A DNA stretch of 63,769 bases, counting the filler. It is 9 parts of 9 records of this genome, joined end to end, with 100 filler letters (N's around TTAATTAATTAA, not from the genome) between each part and the next. Parts side by side here need not be neighbours in the genome. Positions count along the whole stretch, not along the records: positions 1 to 7,442 come from SRR7504441_487; positions 7,543 to 22,711 come from SRR7504441_488; 7 more parts are not named here. One strand, given 5' to 3'. The notes beneath the pieces were generated by a model that was not told the origin of the DNA, ran no database searches, and saw only the letters and a list, made by a program, of their open reading frames with translations. Below, one piece after another: positions 1 to 13,800 of this stretch. Position numbers and translations under genes: made by a program. Numbering within the stretch: position 1 is the first letter of the stretch; every line of letters begins with the position of its first letter.

Positions 1-3000
1 AACCAATGCGGGGCGAAGTGGCCCACGTCCAGATGCTCCGTAGCCAAGTCGGCGAGCTCTCTGAGCACGTGGCCGCGCTGGACCGGCGCATCACTGAGCG
101 CGAGCACCGCGCGGCTGCCCACGCCGCTCAGGCGAGCCGAGGCTCCCGGCTGTTCTTAAGCTGCAGCTGCAGGCGGTGCGCGAGATGGCTGGTAGCAGCG
201 TGCCACCCTCGCTCTTGGGCCGGCTGGGCCGCGTAGCTGCTCGGGATTGCGTCTGCGCGGTGCTCACCAGAGTGGCACTGGAGCTGCAAGGGACTGGGCA
301 GGTGCACGCCGACGCTCAAATACTCTGGGAGAAGCTCGAGGCAATGGAGTCGAATGTAGACCCTACCAACCCGGCACATGCCGCCGCACTGCGCGAGCTG
401 GAGGCCATGGTGGAGCTGCGGACTGAGCAGGTCGCGCTGCCGCTGCGGTCTTGGGCGAGCGCCGAGGTCAGGCGCAACAGATGGAACGTCACTTGGACGA
501 CGACCGCAGCAGTACCGACGAGCCAGAAGGCACTGCGCTCCATGAGCTTCAGGCGCCAGCCGGCAAGCCAGCGCAAGTCGAGCCTGGCTGCAGGCAGAGA
601 TGGACCGCAGTTCAGCCGAACTGGAGGAGCTTCAGCAGCAGTTAATCCAGATGGAGCAGGAGCTATCGCCGGGGGTGAGCCACGCCTTGCTTGACTGGTC
701 CCCGAGACGCTGGGCTGCAGGTGCATGAGCTGGCTGCAGCTGACAGCCGGGTGGCCAAGCTGCAGGCCGAGAGGTCGATCTTGCAGCAGCAGTTGAGCAC
801 CCAGTTTGCATCGAGGTCTCGCTCTGTCCAACCACAGACCTCACCAAGTGGCCGGGAAATCGTGCCCCAAAGCACCTCTTCAGCCACTCAAACAGCGCGC
901 AGTCCTATGGCGGTATGCCTCAATTTCACATGCACATGAGTATGTGCGATCAGGCTATCGCAAGCGAGGTTGCAGCGGCTGTTGAGACGTTTGCGGAGAA
1001 CGAGACCAGCACGCGCAGCAAGCTGCTTGAAGCCCAGGCCAACCTGTTTGGGGAGGAGATTTCACGGCTCAAGAAAAAGCTGCAAGCTTCTGAGGCCAAA
1101 ATCAAGGCTCTAGCAGACACTGGACAGCAGGTAGAGCAGCAATATGTGTGAACCGTGAGGGATACTGATTGTAGGACCAACTGCTGCACCATTACAAGAA
1201 TAGGGCAGTGACGGCCGAGAAAACACTGGCACGCACTAGGCTACGGTACCTATTTTGCGATGCTGCTAGTCATACTCTGGCTTGCGATAGGCTGGTGGCG
1301 CGCTCTATGGTGCTGATGGCAAAGCACGAACGAGGTCACGATATGCTGCCACGCAAGGACAACCGCGGGCAAAATGCGTGGGAGGTGGCAAACACAGCTT
1401 TGCTAGCCACTGAGAGCTTATGCAGAGTCTTCTGGCGAAAGAAGTTGGCTCAGCCCAGAGGGAGTTTGACCGTGGTCCCACAGCCCGTTCAGATGCAGTC
1501 GCATTAGGTCACCGGAGTTCATGGACCACAAGCGTTAACATCTGACTTGCAGGTGTAGCTTGCCACCATCGGTTGCCAGAGTTCTTTGTGCAAATCTTGC
1601 GTCAAGGCCCACAGCTAGCAGACTTTGAACGGTTGATGTGCCAGGTGTAAGATATGGCCTGCAAAGCTCACCCCTAGGGCAGGTTCTGGGGCAGCCTACT
1701 TCTTGGCTATCTGAATTTGAGGCACTTGGTGGATTTGGTCTGGTGATTAGCTTGCGGATCATCTGGAGTAAGCGTGGATGTTAAGGTGATTGACTTGTGC
1801 ACACCACCCATGGACACAAATACAGCCGTGATGGAGTGGCTCAGCTGTGCTGCTGCTGTCCGGTGCTCATACTCAAAGGCTTGCTGCAGTTGCTGACTAT
1901 CCCTGCGTGTTCAAGGTGCCTGAGCGTGATTGTCAACACTGCACAGCGGCTGTTCAGTGCACTGTGCAACAATTCAGATGCAGTGCATAAACTGTGCGTT
2001 TGTGCGCACCGATTTGGATCAGTCCGATCGGCTTTCTCAGGTTTTCTAATCACTTCGACGATTCTGTGTGTCTGAGGTTTGATGTGTTTCAGATGCCGAT
2101 CGTGCCCAGGCCGTGTGCTTTAGACTGCTTTCTGCAATGTGCTTTGACTCCCCCAAAGCCCGCGTGAATACGCGCAATTCATTCTACCTGCTTCGAGATG
2201 TTGCTTCTGCACCAACAGAAGCCACTGGGCTGCGAGGCAGTGCACGCTCACCTCCACTGCATGCCATTATTAGCTGCCTTCTCGAAAGTCATTCCTCAGT
2301 AAGCTGCAAAGCAGAAGCCCTCAAGCTTCTCAATGTGGTCTTGGCATCTCTGCCACAGGTGCAGCCCCGAATTGTGCTGCGCTGACCGTACGTTTGCTTA
2401 CAGCCCTCTGAAAGGCAGGAAGTACGCAGCCAAATGTACTCTGGGGGCCTCCAGCTGGGCCTTGAAAAGTGTCGCGAGCATGACGACGCTGCACTGCTCC
2501 AGGTTGATTTGCATGATCCATATGTGATAATCAGGAACTTTCAGGCGCTGCACGAGTATGAGACGTTTGAGCAACGTGATGTTGCAGCTGAACTTCAGGT
2601 CTGGCTTTGCTTCCTCTCAGATATTTAACATATAAGGCAGGACGCTCAAATCCGGTGCGACGCTGAGCTTGGCCCGGAGCAACTAAAATCTGTACTGACC
2701 AAACTGCGCGGGCTTGCTATGCAAATCCGTGAAGTTGGTGAATACAACCTGGATTTCGACCAATTTGCTCTCAAAGCACTCAAAGTCGTCACTGATGCGC
2801 TGCCTAAACATGATGGAAATGAGGGATCACAATCGTATATGCAGCGCAAGCAACCAATCTTTGCGCAGCAAGCTGCACCAGAGTCTGTGACAGTGCTTGT
2901 GGATGAAGCTGCGGAGTGCAAGCAGCTTGGGCCAGTGGTTCAGCTAGGTTTGGCGCTTATATTCTATCTAGGGTCTGAGTTTCACGCGCAGGAGGACTTT

Positions 3001-5598
3001 CTGGGCTGGGGACGCCCGCCACTCCTCCACTGCGCCCTTTGCGATGGCAAAAGGTGAGAAACTTATCTATGGCTTCTCAGCATTGGTTCAGGTGCTCATA
3101 GCTCCAAGGGATTCGATTTGGAACCACCCAGAGCTGTTGAATATCCAGGGCCACATCACAACATTGCTGCAAAAGGTGCTCACACAACACGCGCACCTGT
3201 GCTTGACGGGTTTGATGGTTGCAGAAAAATTGGGCTGATGACATGGCTGCAGCGTTTGGGGGTGGCCGAGCAGCCACAACCTCACCTGCGCAGCGAGGTC
3301 GTAAGTCAGTGCTGGACTCAAAGAGGCGTGCGGAGGTAATGAAATCGATTCAGCAATTTTCGATGCCGATTTCAAACCTGAAGCCCTTACTCGAGACACT
3401 AGACACCCGGTTCGACGAGACTCAGATTGCAATGCTCCAGAAACTGATTCCTGAACCTGCCGAACAGGTTCGCAGAGGTGTTGCAGCCACGCTGAGAGCT
3501 CACAGGTGGCCCTACTTTCTCTCCAAGATGGCGCACACAAGGTGGCCGCTGCAGATGTATATCTTCGTGCCTTGGCAGAGATACCCACCCTGGTATCCGA
3601 CGATGCCTCTTTGCTGTTGACTAGTGCGTGTTGTCTCAGCAACCTCGACTTGAAGCAATGGCTGTTATGCGGAGCTTCGAAGTGCAGCAAACCGAGATCG
3701 GGCACAAAGTTGTGGCTCTCCTGGCTGCGTGCACCAAGGTCGAGTCGTCAAGTGCACTCCGTTGGTTGTTAGGGGCGGTGCTATCTGTGGGTAACTTGTG
3801 CAATGGAGGCACCGCCCTTGGTGCTGCTCGTGCGTTCAGAATTGATCTGTTGCCTACCCTTGAGACTAAATGGGCACGACAACGAGACTCCACGATATTA
3901 CATTACCTCCATCAAATGCTGGCCCAGGTGAGTGCCGCAAGACTCGGCAGGTTTTATTAAGAGTGATCGCGGTGCAGGCATTGCCGGAAGGTGGGACAAT
4001 GCTGGACTCAACACTAGTCAGTCTCCTTGACGCTGCAGCTAACGTTCAAACCAGTGCTCTGCTCCAGCAGGTTTTTGTATTGTCTGGAAAGAATGTGAGG
4101 TGCCTACCAGGTGAATAGGCTGCATGATGCGGTTGAAGTGGTGACATCTTCTCTGGAGATGGTTGAGCCTCTTGGACCAAATGACTGCTTCGAGTCTGAC
4201 GCAACCGAGTGGTTGGAAATAAGCAGGCCTGCAGTACAGATGTTATCAAGCCGGTGTGTAAATTATTGCTGCTCGCTGATCCTTCTGTAGATACAAAATG
4301 GCTATTGCCGCAGTTACTCGGGCGAAGGCCTACCTCGGACAAGAAGCATCTCTGGAGCCACATATGTTTTTCCGCCAATTGCATAGCTTCATGGCGGCAT
4401 TCATGCAAGCAGCGATCGATAACCCACGCAGAACTGTTCTGAAGTCCAAGTGGGCACTAATCTTACAAAGGCATCGTGATATGAGGCACAGGCAACTAAA
4501 TTGTATTATCAAATACCTGAGCTGATCAATTGCAGTCACAAGGAAATCGAGGAAATGGAGAAGCAATGCACGCAGGAACGCTTCGATGCATTACTTGGTG
4601 TGGCAAGCAACAGGTAGCCAGTGTGCCGGGTATGAGTTATTCTGATATGCAGGTACGAAGAAGCGGTACTTGAGCTTGACACGGTGTTTGAAGTTCTGGA
4701 AGAGCTGAAGCAATCTCTAACCGATCCTGAGCTTCTAGGTGCGCTGGAGAGGGTTGTGGAACGGATCGAGAACATCTTGGATGGACTACGTGGGTTAGAT
4801 TCTGCGATGGACCTTGCACGCGTTTGCGAGGTGAGCACTGGTGCTTAAACTTGGGGCAATTCTTAAAGCAGCAGTGCTTATGAATTTCGGGACTGCTTGC
4901 ACTTCTGTTTCTGTGAGTCACTCATCGATGAGCATGGCAGGGAATGGTTCATGCTCTAGTGGAACGAGATGAAATTGAGACGGCTGCAATTGCTGAAATC
5001 TTGCGGGCTGCTCTTGAAGCGGCTGCCAGGGTTGGTGATCAGTGGTCTGCTACCAAACAGGAGGCTGTGGTTTGGAAAGAGCACCAAGACCAAGCCCAAG
5101 TGCAAGGTCAGACCTAAATAGCACTGCCCTATTATCTGACCCCCGTGTGCTGCTGCTTTCAGAGATGCTTGTTTCTGCTAACGAAGACCCACTCGTAGCT
5201 GCTTCAAGGCAGTGGAATCGCGCTGCACGAGTTTACGAACAGATTGTGTGTGATGACGTGGTGAACAGAATCTCAAAGAGAATGGGCCTTCGAGATATTT
5301 CAGACACTATGGAGCTGCAGAGGTGCCTAGTGTATCATGATATGGGCTTTAGCGCTGTGTTTGTCGATGCAGGCGTGCCTTGTGTCGAAGGATGGCCCAC
5401 AAGTGGATGACTCGAGCAGGAATTCGAAAGTATTCAACTTCGAGTGCCACACATGGTGCGGTCAATCGATGGGTGGGGAATAGGGCCACACGTGATGCAA
5501 TGCCGGTGCTGAAGACGAACAATGAGCATGAAGACACGGAGTCAGTGAACCGACCTAACACAACAAAAGCTCCCAAGTCTCAATGGTTTTCACGGTAG
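1..5598 (+). CDS. Multi-exon formin-like protein, 5'-partial (coiled coil, helical GBD/FH3-like region, FH2 domain at about 3240-4450)
   Basis: Spliced peptides KSVLDSKRRAE, YLRALAEIP|QPRLEAM and LGAVLSVGNLCNGGTALGAARAFRIDLLPTLETK..STILHYL are FH2-like; many 30-50 nt introns. The 3' end (stop at 5598) and the joining of all exons into one gene are inferred. Confidence 0.7.
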
Positions 5599-6037
5599 TC
5601 AATTGGTGCGGATGTCGTGGCGCTGTAGTGATGCTGTGGTAGTGCTATGGCCCCACGAAGTCAAGACATTTATGACCAGTCATATCAGTCTACGGCGGCA
5701 TAGCAGCACTTGTACAGTCCGCATGTATGTCATTGTCAATGAGTGACTTGGTTTATTTCACTAAAATACGAGTTGCTTGGTGTTGTAAAAGGCCGTACGC
5801 ACTAGCTATAACTATAGCTTATAGGCTAGGGTCAGTATACCGTGAGATAAACAAATCCATTGACATGGTCTAGCATACCACGCAAGTGCAAAGTTCGCAG
5901 ACTATCAAGTGTTCAACCCCGGACGGCCCTTGCCGATTCTGCATTTCTCATTCCGTTAGAGGCAGCCAGTGGCAGGCTGCGAACGGCGCCGGTGCGCAAT
6001 CGGCTGCTGCAGCTCAAGGAGGTGCTCTCTTTCTTCA

Positions 6038-7287
6038 ATGGGGACCGCCATGGAGACCGCACAGGCAAGCGTAGCTGATCATGTGTGGGAGACCGACGCT
6101 GGAGACCACTGTGAGACGTCGGCAGAGGCTTACCGCCATATCGAGTCATTTTTGGCGGGTCTGGCTGCACGCCTCGGCAAGACGCGCGCCCAGCTCAAGA
6201 TTTACGACCCATACTACTGTGAAGGCACGATGAAGGCGCATCTGGCCAAGCTGGGCTTCTCAACAGTCCACAATAAGAACCATGATTTCTACGAAGTGAT
6301 CCGCAACCGGAAGGTACCGATCCATGATGTGCTGCTCACGTCGCCGCCGTATTCTCGAGACCACATGCAGCGATTACTGGAGCTGCTTACCAGTCGCAAG
6401 AAGCCGTTCAATAAGCCTTGGATGGTAGCCGGCGGGCCACGGCAGCCGCTGACTTGGCCGGCAGCTGCTGCTCCCAGACTTCGTGCACCGCAAGCGATAC
6501 TACCGACAGGCCGTCGACGTGCTCCCGTCCCCGCCGTTCTTTGTTGTGCCGCGCTCTCGCTTGCACTATTATGCCGTCAAAGGTGGCAGACTCAACAACC
6601 CACAGGAAAGTGAGCCCGGTAGAGCTTGGGATGAGCAGCAATCGGTAGGTTTGCCGTCACTGGCTTCGTGACAAGCACTGCCCCCAGGGCGACTCCTGCT
6701 CGTTTCTTCACACAGCCGACCCTGAGGCGCTCAGGAAGTGCTCTGAGGCCGCTGCCGTCTCGGAGCCATTCCTGCTGTCGCCGTACCATAGGCAACTCGC
6801 GGTCTGTTGTGGTCTGATCTAGGTGGCAGTTTCTGGCATGTGAACCTGGACAACCAAGAACTAGCAACCCATCTGATTGAGGACTTTACTCGCACCCAGA
6901 AGAACAAGAGCAGGTGGGCACCGAGGAGCTCGATGGGCTGGCTGATATGCGTGGGGCAGCTGCATGTTGTTTCTGGACCAGGCTGCGCTTGATCAGCATC
7001 TTCTAAAAGCGCAAAAGCAACAGACCGCTCCAAAGCACGCTGCGGTGTCAGAGCAAGAGGCGCGTGCGGCCGAGAGAGAGCGGTGAGGAGCAGCTTTAAT
7101 ATGCGGTAAGCTGGGGTGCTAGGGTGCGGAAGAAGCGACAAAGGAGTGATGAAGCCAAGGAAAGAGCCAAGGTAGCACGTGAGGCCGAAGTACAAACCAT
7201 GGTGAGGGCATCACACCGATGAGACCCGTGAGTCTGTTTACTTAGCCGGTTGTTTGTACGAGTACTGATTCGTTTAATTTTCCATAA
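6038..7287 (+). CDS. Putative adenine-N6 methyltransferase-like Rossmann-fold protein (multi-exon)
   Basis: DHCET..AY, IYDPYYCEG (SAM-binding motif-I-like), HDFY and DVLLTSPPYS ([DNS]PP[YFW] motif IV); basic C-terminal tail; AATAAA at 7293 just after the proposed stop. Middle exons are uncertain. Confidence 0.6.
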
Positions 7288-7442
7288 TTATGAATAAATG
7301 TTCTTAAATCCTCCAGTGTGGTGCATCCTTGGTTCGTGATCATGATCGTGTGGGCAGCGGCGTGCGTGGGTGAGGATCGGCATGCGCGTACAATCACTTA
7401 TGCGGGGCGCTTAGTGTACACCGGCGCTGCAGATCGGTGCGC

Positions 7443-7542
7443 NNNNNNNNNNNNNNNNNNNNNNNNNNNNNNNNNNNNNNNNNNNNTTAATTAATTAANN
7501 NNNNNNNNNNNNNNNNNNNNNNNNNNNNNNNNNNNNNNNNNN
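7443..7542. other. Artificial contig linker (N44-TTAATTAATTAA-N44)
   Basis: Identical 100-nt spacer with stops in all six frames; occurs 8 times. Confidence 0.99.
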
Positions 7543-7543
7543 T

Positions 7544-7860
7544 CCAAGTGCAGCTCCATCAGATGCTCCAAGTACAGCCCCATCAGAAGCTCCAAGTTTG
7601 GGGCCTACTTCTACACCCAGTACTGCTCCATCCGTTGCACCAAGCCACGCTCCAAGTCATGCGCCATCTGATGCGCCATCCTATGCGCCTTCTGATGCAC
7701 CTTCTTACGCACCTTCTTACGCACCAAGCTATGCACCATCCGATGCGCCATCCGATGCGCCATCCTATGCACCAAGCTATGCGCCATCCTATGCACCATC
7801 ATATGCACCTTCGGCCATGCCAACGCATGCACCCTCGATGGCACCAACTTCTGTACCAAC
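7544..7860 (+). repeat. 12-nt coding tandem repeat encoding APS[YDHT] tetrapeptides
   Basis: Degenerate gcgccatcctat/gcaccttcttac units translating to APSY/APSD; mucin-like stalk. Confidence 0.9.
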
Positions 7861-10800
7861 AAAAGCTTGGTATAATACTGAGCACAACAGGAACAATTCA
7901 CTGGGAAAGCCACAATACTTGAAGATGCGTGGAATGGCCTTCAATGCAAACTTCACCGGAGTCATGGCACCTGCTGGGATGAGACCAATCGATTTTTGTG
8001 AAATGTTGTGTGACAAAGAGCCACGGTGTGTGGGGTATGAAGCATCCATAGCATCTACAGATGGCAACAAGAACAATGCCCCAGTAGGCTGTTTGGGACC
8101 TGAGCATGTTGATCATTTCAAATGTTTTGCATGTCGGCTATTGAACTCTTCGCAGGTTGCGCTGGGCTGGGACCAATCGCCCGACGTCGAGGCACGTCTT
8201 AAGGATAAAACTCCAGGAGTGCCTCTGTCGGCATTCTACCGCTACCTCATTGACTCCGGCGATGGTAATCAATTCGACCTCGAGCTCATGAACTCGACTG
8301 AGTTGATGAGGGCAGCAGCTGCAGCAATTGCTAAGTACACCGGGCTCTCCAGCAAGTTCTTGAATGCCCTTGATGGCAGCACTCTGACCGAGTATGTTCC
8401 GAAGATTGGGGTCACACAGTGCTACGCTTCCCCTGATGAGGCAGACTATAGGGGTGCGGTACAGAGTACAGCCGCCAATGAGGGTTGCCGAGCGTGGTCT
8501 GAGTCGATGCCTGAGGTTTCACCTGAATCTGGCATCATTCCTGGGGATAGTTCCTGTCGCAACCCCGACCACAGGCCTGGTGGAGCGTGGTGCTACTCTG
8601 CCAACAGCTCTGGATGGGACTACTGCTCGATTCCGCAGCCGCAATGCGCCAATAGAGTGCCTCCCTCGTTTAGATGTTGTTTTGGTCACTTGCAGCCACC
8701 TCCCTGGGGGATACGTGAGCTGAGTTGCAATGATGAGAAGACAGAGTTGATTGCATTGGAACAGCCGTGCACTCTCACGTGCCTGAATAAACTGGACTGC
8801 AGTAGAAAGGGCCAGGAGGTGTGCGGAAAAATGCCTCAATGCCTTGGTATTGCCATTGAAGAAGGACCAGATCAAAATTTTACCTGCTTGCTGCTTCAAG
8901 AAGCCCCAGTGTGCTCTGGCGAGCACCTGCCTGGTGCTCTCCCTGTTTGCACCAAAGTTCTGACCGGTAGCCAGACATCTGGCACAGCCAGTATTCATTT
9001 CAATAACAGATCGGTGCCTGTTATTTCCAGTACAGGACTTATGTCGGCAGATGGGCAGTCTGTGCAGCTCAAGGATGATGAGAAATTCGATATCGCCACA
9101 GAAGCAACGACAGAGTTAGGAGCTGAAAACTTCAGGATTAACTTGAAGCTGGAGATTGATCTTGAGGCAGACTTCACCCCAGATGGCCTGAGAGGAGCGC
9201 TCTTCTCAAAAGTCAGTGCTGACTCCGAGTCTGGACCAGCAGCGTTCCTCTACGACACCAGGGAAATCGGCTTCAGGATGCACGTATCTGATGAAATGAA
9301 GTGTGCAAATGTCCTCTCCACTAAGTACCAACAGGAAGATGGCACCTGGGCCCTCTCATTTGTGAGGATCGCGCAAACGCTGCACATTTATGTCAATGGC
9401 AGGAAGCTGTGCACACACGCCATGGTCGAGCCAGTTGTTCCAGAGGAGTTTGCCACAACAAAGTTGCGGTTTGGAGCAAGTGTCCTAGACGAGTCTAGAG
9501 ACAACATTGTCGCCAAAATAGCGAAGATCAGGATTTGGGACACTGTCGACGCAAGCCCGTCTGAGGAGCTTCTGCAACACTGGTTGTTTGCTGAAGGGTT
9601 TGGAAAATCGACTGTTGACTCTGTTGCCAGTCGATACCTTGAGCTTCCTCATGGGGTCACATGGAGCAGTACAGGATTGGTTCCAGTGGGACGATGGAAT
9701 TCTATCCAGCTCAATGGCGGGGCAAGTATACATCTGCCACGGGCTTCTGATGTGGTTCACACTGGACCAGCTCCAGCGTCGACACTGGTGTTTTGGATGC
9801 AAACCCGTGCCAAAAGACAGCAGCTGGTCAGCTTTGGACGCGGATCTGCACTGAATCTTAACCGCAGGGGCGAATTAGTGTACCAGATTTATACAGAAGA
9901 GTCAGGTGTCAAAGCTGTTACAGCAAAACATTCGGTCAATGATGGCAAATGGCACAACGTCGCTCTGGTGCGGCTGCCGACAGGTGACACGAAGATCTAT
10001 GTCGACCATGAGCTTCTGGCCTCAGGGAAAGTTCCTATTGTCCAGGCATCAGAGGTGCTCGATGTCATGCTTGGTGGTTCGCATGAGTTCAGTTATGGAC
10101 TGCCACTGTTTGACGGGTTTCTTGATGATGTCAGACTCTGGATGGGTGAGCTCCTGCTAGCTAAAATCCGGAGAGATAACCAACTGGCTGAGCACCAGCT
10201 CGTGGCGTCAAGTACAGTTCCAAGGTCTCAGTGGGTGACAATACGGAAAGCAGCCAACCTATGTTTGGACCTCAACACAAGAAACTCTCGTGTTGATTTA
10301 ACTTCCTGCGATGCTGAGGCTGTAACCCAGAAGTGGATGATTTTTCACGATGGCAAAATTGTCAATCAAGCTCTTGGCCAAACAAAATATCTGACGCGTG
10401 CCTCGGGTCTCACAGAGGTGGAGGCTGTCGGAATTCGGCCAGCATGGCACCCATCAGATGGGATGGCAGTCAGTCAGAAAATGAGCTGGGCACTTTCAGC
10501 AGATAGCTCAATTTCGAATGAGGTCAATGGGAGCCGTGTTTGCATCAGTCTTCCGGGCACTGATAATTCAATGACGGATGGAGATATACTCACGAATTTG
10601 GCTACTCAGACCAGCTCTCGAAGATTGCTTCAGAGACCTGCAAGTCGCAAGTCTCCTCGTTATCTCCAGGTGCCAGGCTCAAAAGCGCAGTCACTGAGGA
10701 AGCAAGGTAAAGGCCACAAGAGCAGCAAGGCTCCTGCTAGTCTCCAGATTTTGTCTAAACATACAACTCAGGCCAAAAAGCTGACTCAGGTGCCAACAGC

Positions 10801-13800
10801 TATGCCAACTACAGCGTCTCAGGAGCCCACTTTAGCGCCAACGGCCGAGCCTACAACAATGTTACAACTAGCTGAGGCCGAGCTGTTAGCAGCCGAGCAA
10901 AGTGGTGTGCCCATCAACATAGTCCGCACCCAGCATCGAGTCAAAGTCGTCCAGCTCCGAACAGAACAACAGATCGCAAAGAAGGAGCTGGCAGAAGCTG
11001 AGGGCGTCGAGTCAGCTGCTGACACTGCCTGGAGTGGTGCAACAAAACCAGAGCAGCAGGAGGCCGCGCAGCGCAGGGTTGATGAAGCTCGGGCAACCGT
11101 GACAGATCTACAGGTTCGGCTGGCAGCTGCGCAAGTGGCGCAGTCGAAGCTGGAGATGCAAGGAGCACAGATTGAAGCTGACGTTGATGGAATTGCTGCA
11201 GCCCAGAAGGGCCTGGCAGAACATGAGAACACACTCGAGCAATTGAGCATGGTCGTCTCTTCTCGTGCTAAAGTACAAACAGCTGAGTTGCAACTCAAAG
11301 CTGCAGTAGACCACCACACTGCGGTCCTCACAAACAAGGCTGCTGCGAGAGATGCTGAACGTCAAGTGTTGCGAAAACAGCAAGAAGTCAACGTGCTGAA
11401 GAAGCGCTACACACGCAAGCTGCTGAGTCAAGCTAAGCAGGCAATGGCAGTAAGTCAGGGCTCGGAGAATGGGGCCACACTTGTAAAAGCTCAGGCTAGA
11501 GTGGCTGCGTTAGAGGCTCAAGCAACGCAAGCTGCAGCTCAGGCAAGGGATACATCCTCGCATCACACCCAGGCTTTCTGCATAACTGGTGCTGGACTAA
11601 AAGAGACTCTTGGCGAATACTTTTTGAGCTCAACAGCTGCAACTGTGACCAGATACGTTCACAGTTCAGGGAACTTCCAGCTTCAATACAACGCTGGTGG
11701 CAGATCTGGCTCTGGTTGGTGGCAGATTGAGCGAGTCAATGAAGATCAAGGTGTGCTCTACCAGTGCCCAGGAGATTTCGATTTTGGGCCTCCCGAACAT
11801 GATTGGAAAGTAGTGAAAGGACCTCAGCCAGCCCCCACAGTTTACCCAGGACAATGTGGAGAGCCACCAATCGAAGCAACAGCTGCAGAAGTTGAGGTCA
11901 ATACACTGGCACCAACTCCTGCTCCATGGTCTCCTGCTGCCCCTGAGATTGAATGCAATATCACTGGAACGACTTCCAATGTGATCCGTTATCAGGACGA
12001 AGTTTCGCTCAGAGCAGAGCAAACGCAGTCATATCTGGACACCCTGGCCCTTCAGGCTATTGGACAATCAAGGCAAGATCCAAACACTCGCGTTCTAGTA
12101 ATCAATCCCTCTCGAGCCGGCCAAAAGTGTGCCATGCAAGTTGGGGATGTGGTTGCCTTCAAAATCGTCCCAGAGGATGGCACATTGTCTGACAAGTGGG
12201 AGGAGACCAATGAGACCGATTGTACCAAGGACTTCTATGAAATGGTTAATACCAAACTTATTGACTGCAAGAAGGTCTGCTTCGAGCAGTCTGACGGCTG
12301 CAGCAATGGTTTCAGCTTCAATCTTGAGGAGCAGTCATGTAGAATTCCAGCACCTGGAAAGAGCTGCGAACCGCAGCATGGGGGTGCTACTTTTTTCACT
12401 GGCCCTGTGGCTTTCATATCAGTTGAGTCCGAGCTCAGCTCTGAACGCCTGTCCCTCTCATCCTTGACCACTGCAGCAAGATTTCGGGTTGCTGCTGCTG
12501 ACCAGCAAATAGGTTCCAAAATTAATATGCCTGTTCTCTCAGACATGCCTATCCGATTGATGCCACAATTTGGGCCAGGAAGCAACTCGAAGTCGGATTC
12601 ATTTTTCCTTCAGGCATCAATGAGTGTTGGAAGCGACAGCAGCGATGCCAGCATCTGGAAGATCCGGCCAGCAATGCAGAAGTTCGAGAAGATTACTGGT
12701 AGCTGTCCTGTGGGAAACCATAACCAAGGTTGTATACTTGTTGACCAGCTAGAGCCCACTTCTCCCGCCACTAAGTGCGCACTCTTGGAGATGAGCCAGT
12801 GTAGCGACTTCTGCACCCACAATCCACAGTGTGCTGGTTTTATTAGAGCAACAGGACACGCCGACAACCAACAAATACATGCGACTGACACGGGAGCTGC
12901 TGCATGTTGGTGGTTCAAGGAGTCTACCTTGAAAGAGGGAACTGAATTAAACGACCTCTATGACTTCTACAAGAAACCGACAACACAGGCCGGGGCAAGT
13001 GAAAGTGCCACAAGCATCAAATCAATGGAACTGTGGGCATGTAAGCAAGGAGCCAAGCCGGATCCAGACAGCTGCAAGGAGCAACCAGGATTTGCACAGA
13101 TTTTTTCTGGCAATGTGCTCCATCAAGGCGAATTCGCTGTTGATTTTGACATTGACTACATAAAAGTCAGGTTCAAAACGGTGGACCCTGAGGCTACAGT
13201 GCGCGTGTTCCCCTTCGACGGATGTAGCAAATGGACACAAAGGGGATGCGTGGAGTCGCTTGGCGCTGAAGTACTGGCAAAATCAATCGTGCCAGCTGGA
13301 GACTTCTCAGACAAACTCGCTTTGAGGACAGCCCACACCATAAACATCGCAGTTGAAGTTACAGCCTGGGATCATGTGACAAAACAGAGCTATGAATTGC
13401 CTATATATCGAGAGGCCTCAACGGTATCAACTTTGCAAGGCCTTAGAATACAGGCTCAGTTTGCAGATAGCACTGTTGACCTGTGTGATGTGGCTGAGAG
13501 CGGCCCAATGCCCACTGCACTATCTTGCAAGCTCAAGTGCGGGCTGCTCTGCCATGCATACAAATATCACAAATTCATCTGTACTATTTTCAGTTCGCTC
13601 AAGGGTTGCAAGGACCGGAAGCCAAAGCCAGCCAACGCAATATTGCAAGTGAAGGTGGTGCCCCAGTTCTGCAATGTTCCAAGGATAGCTCCAGCTTTCC
13701 TGAGCAGCATGCATAAGTACACAATATCAATGCCAAATGGACTCCTACCCAGCACAATAAAGATGATTCCAGAACTCTCACATCCTGGTCAAACTATTAG

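Noticed and set aside
7487-7498. TTAATTAATTAA palindrome repeated eight times
   Set aside because: Always centred in identical N-runs; a six-frame-stop concatenation linker, not biology
7544-7860. Short tandem repeats as a CRISPR array or satellite
   Set aside because: No unique spacers; variation is at synonymous positions of APSx codons
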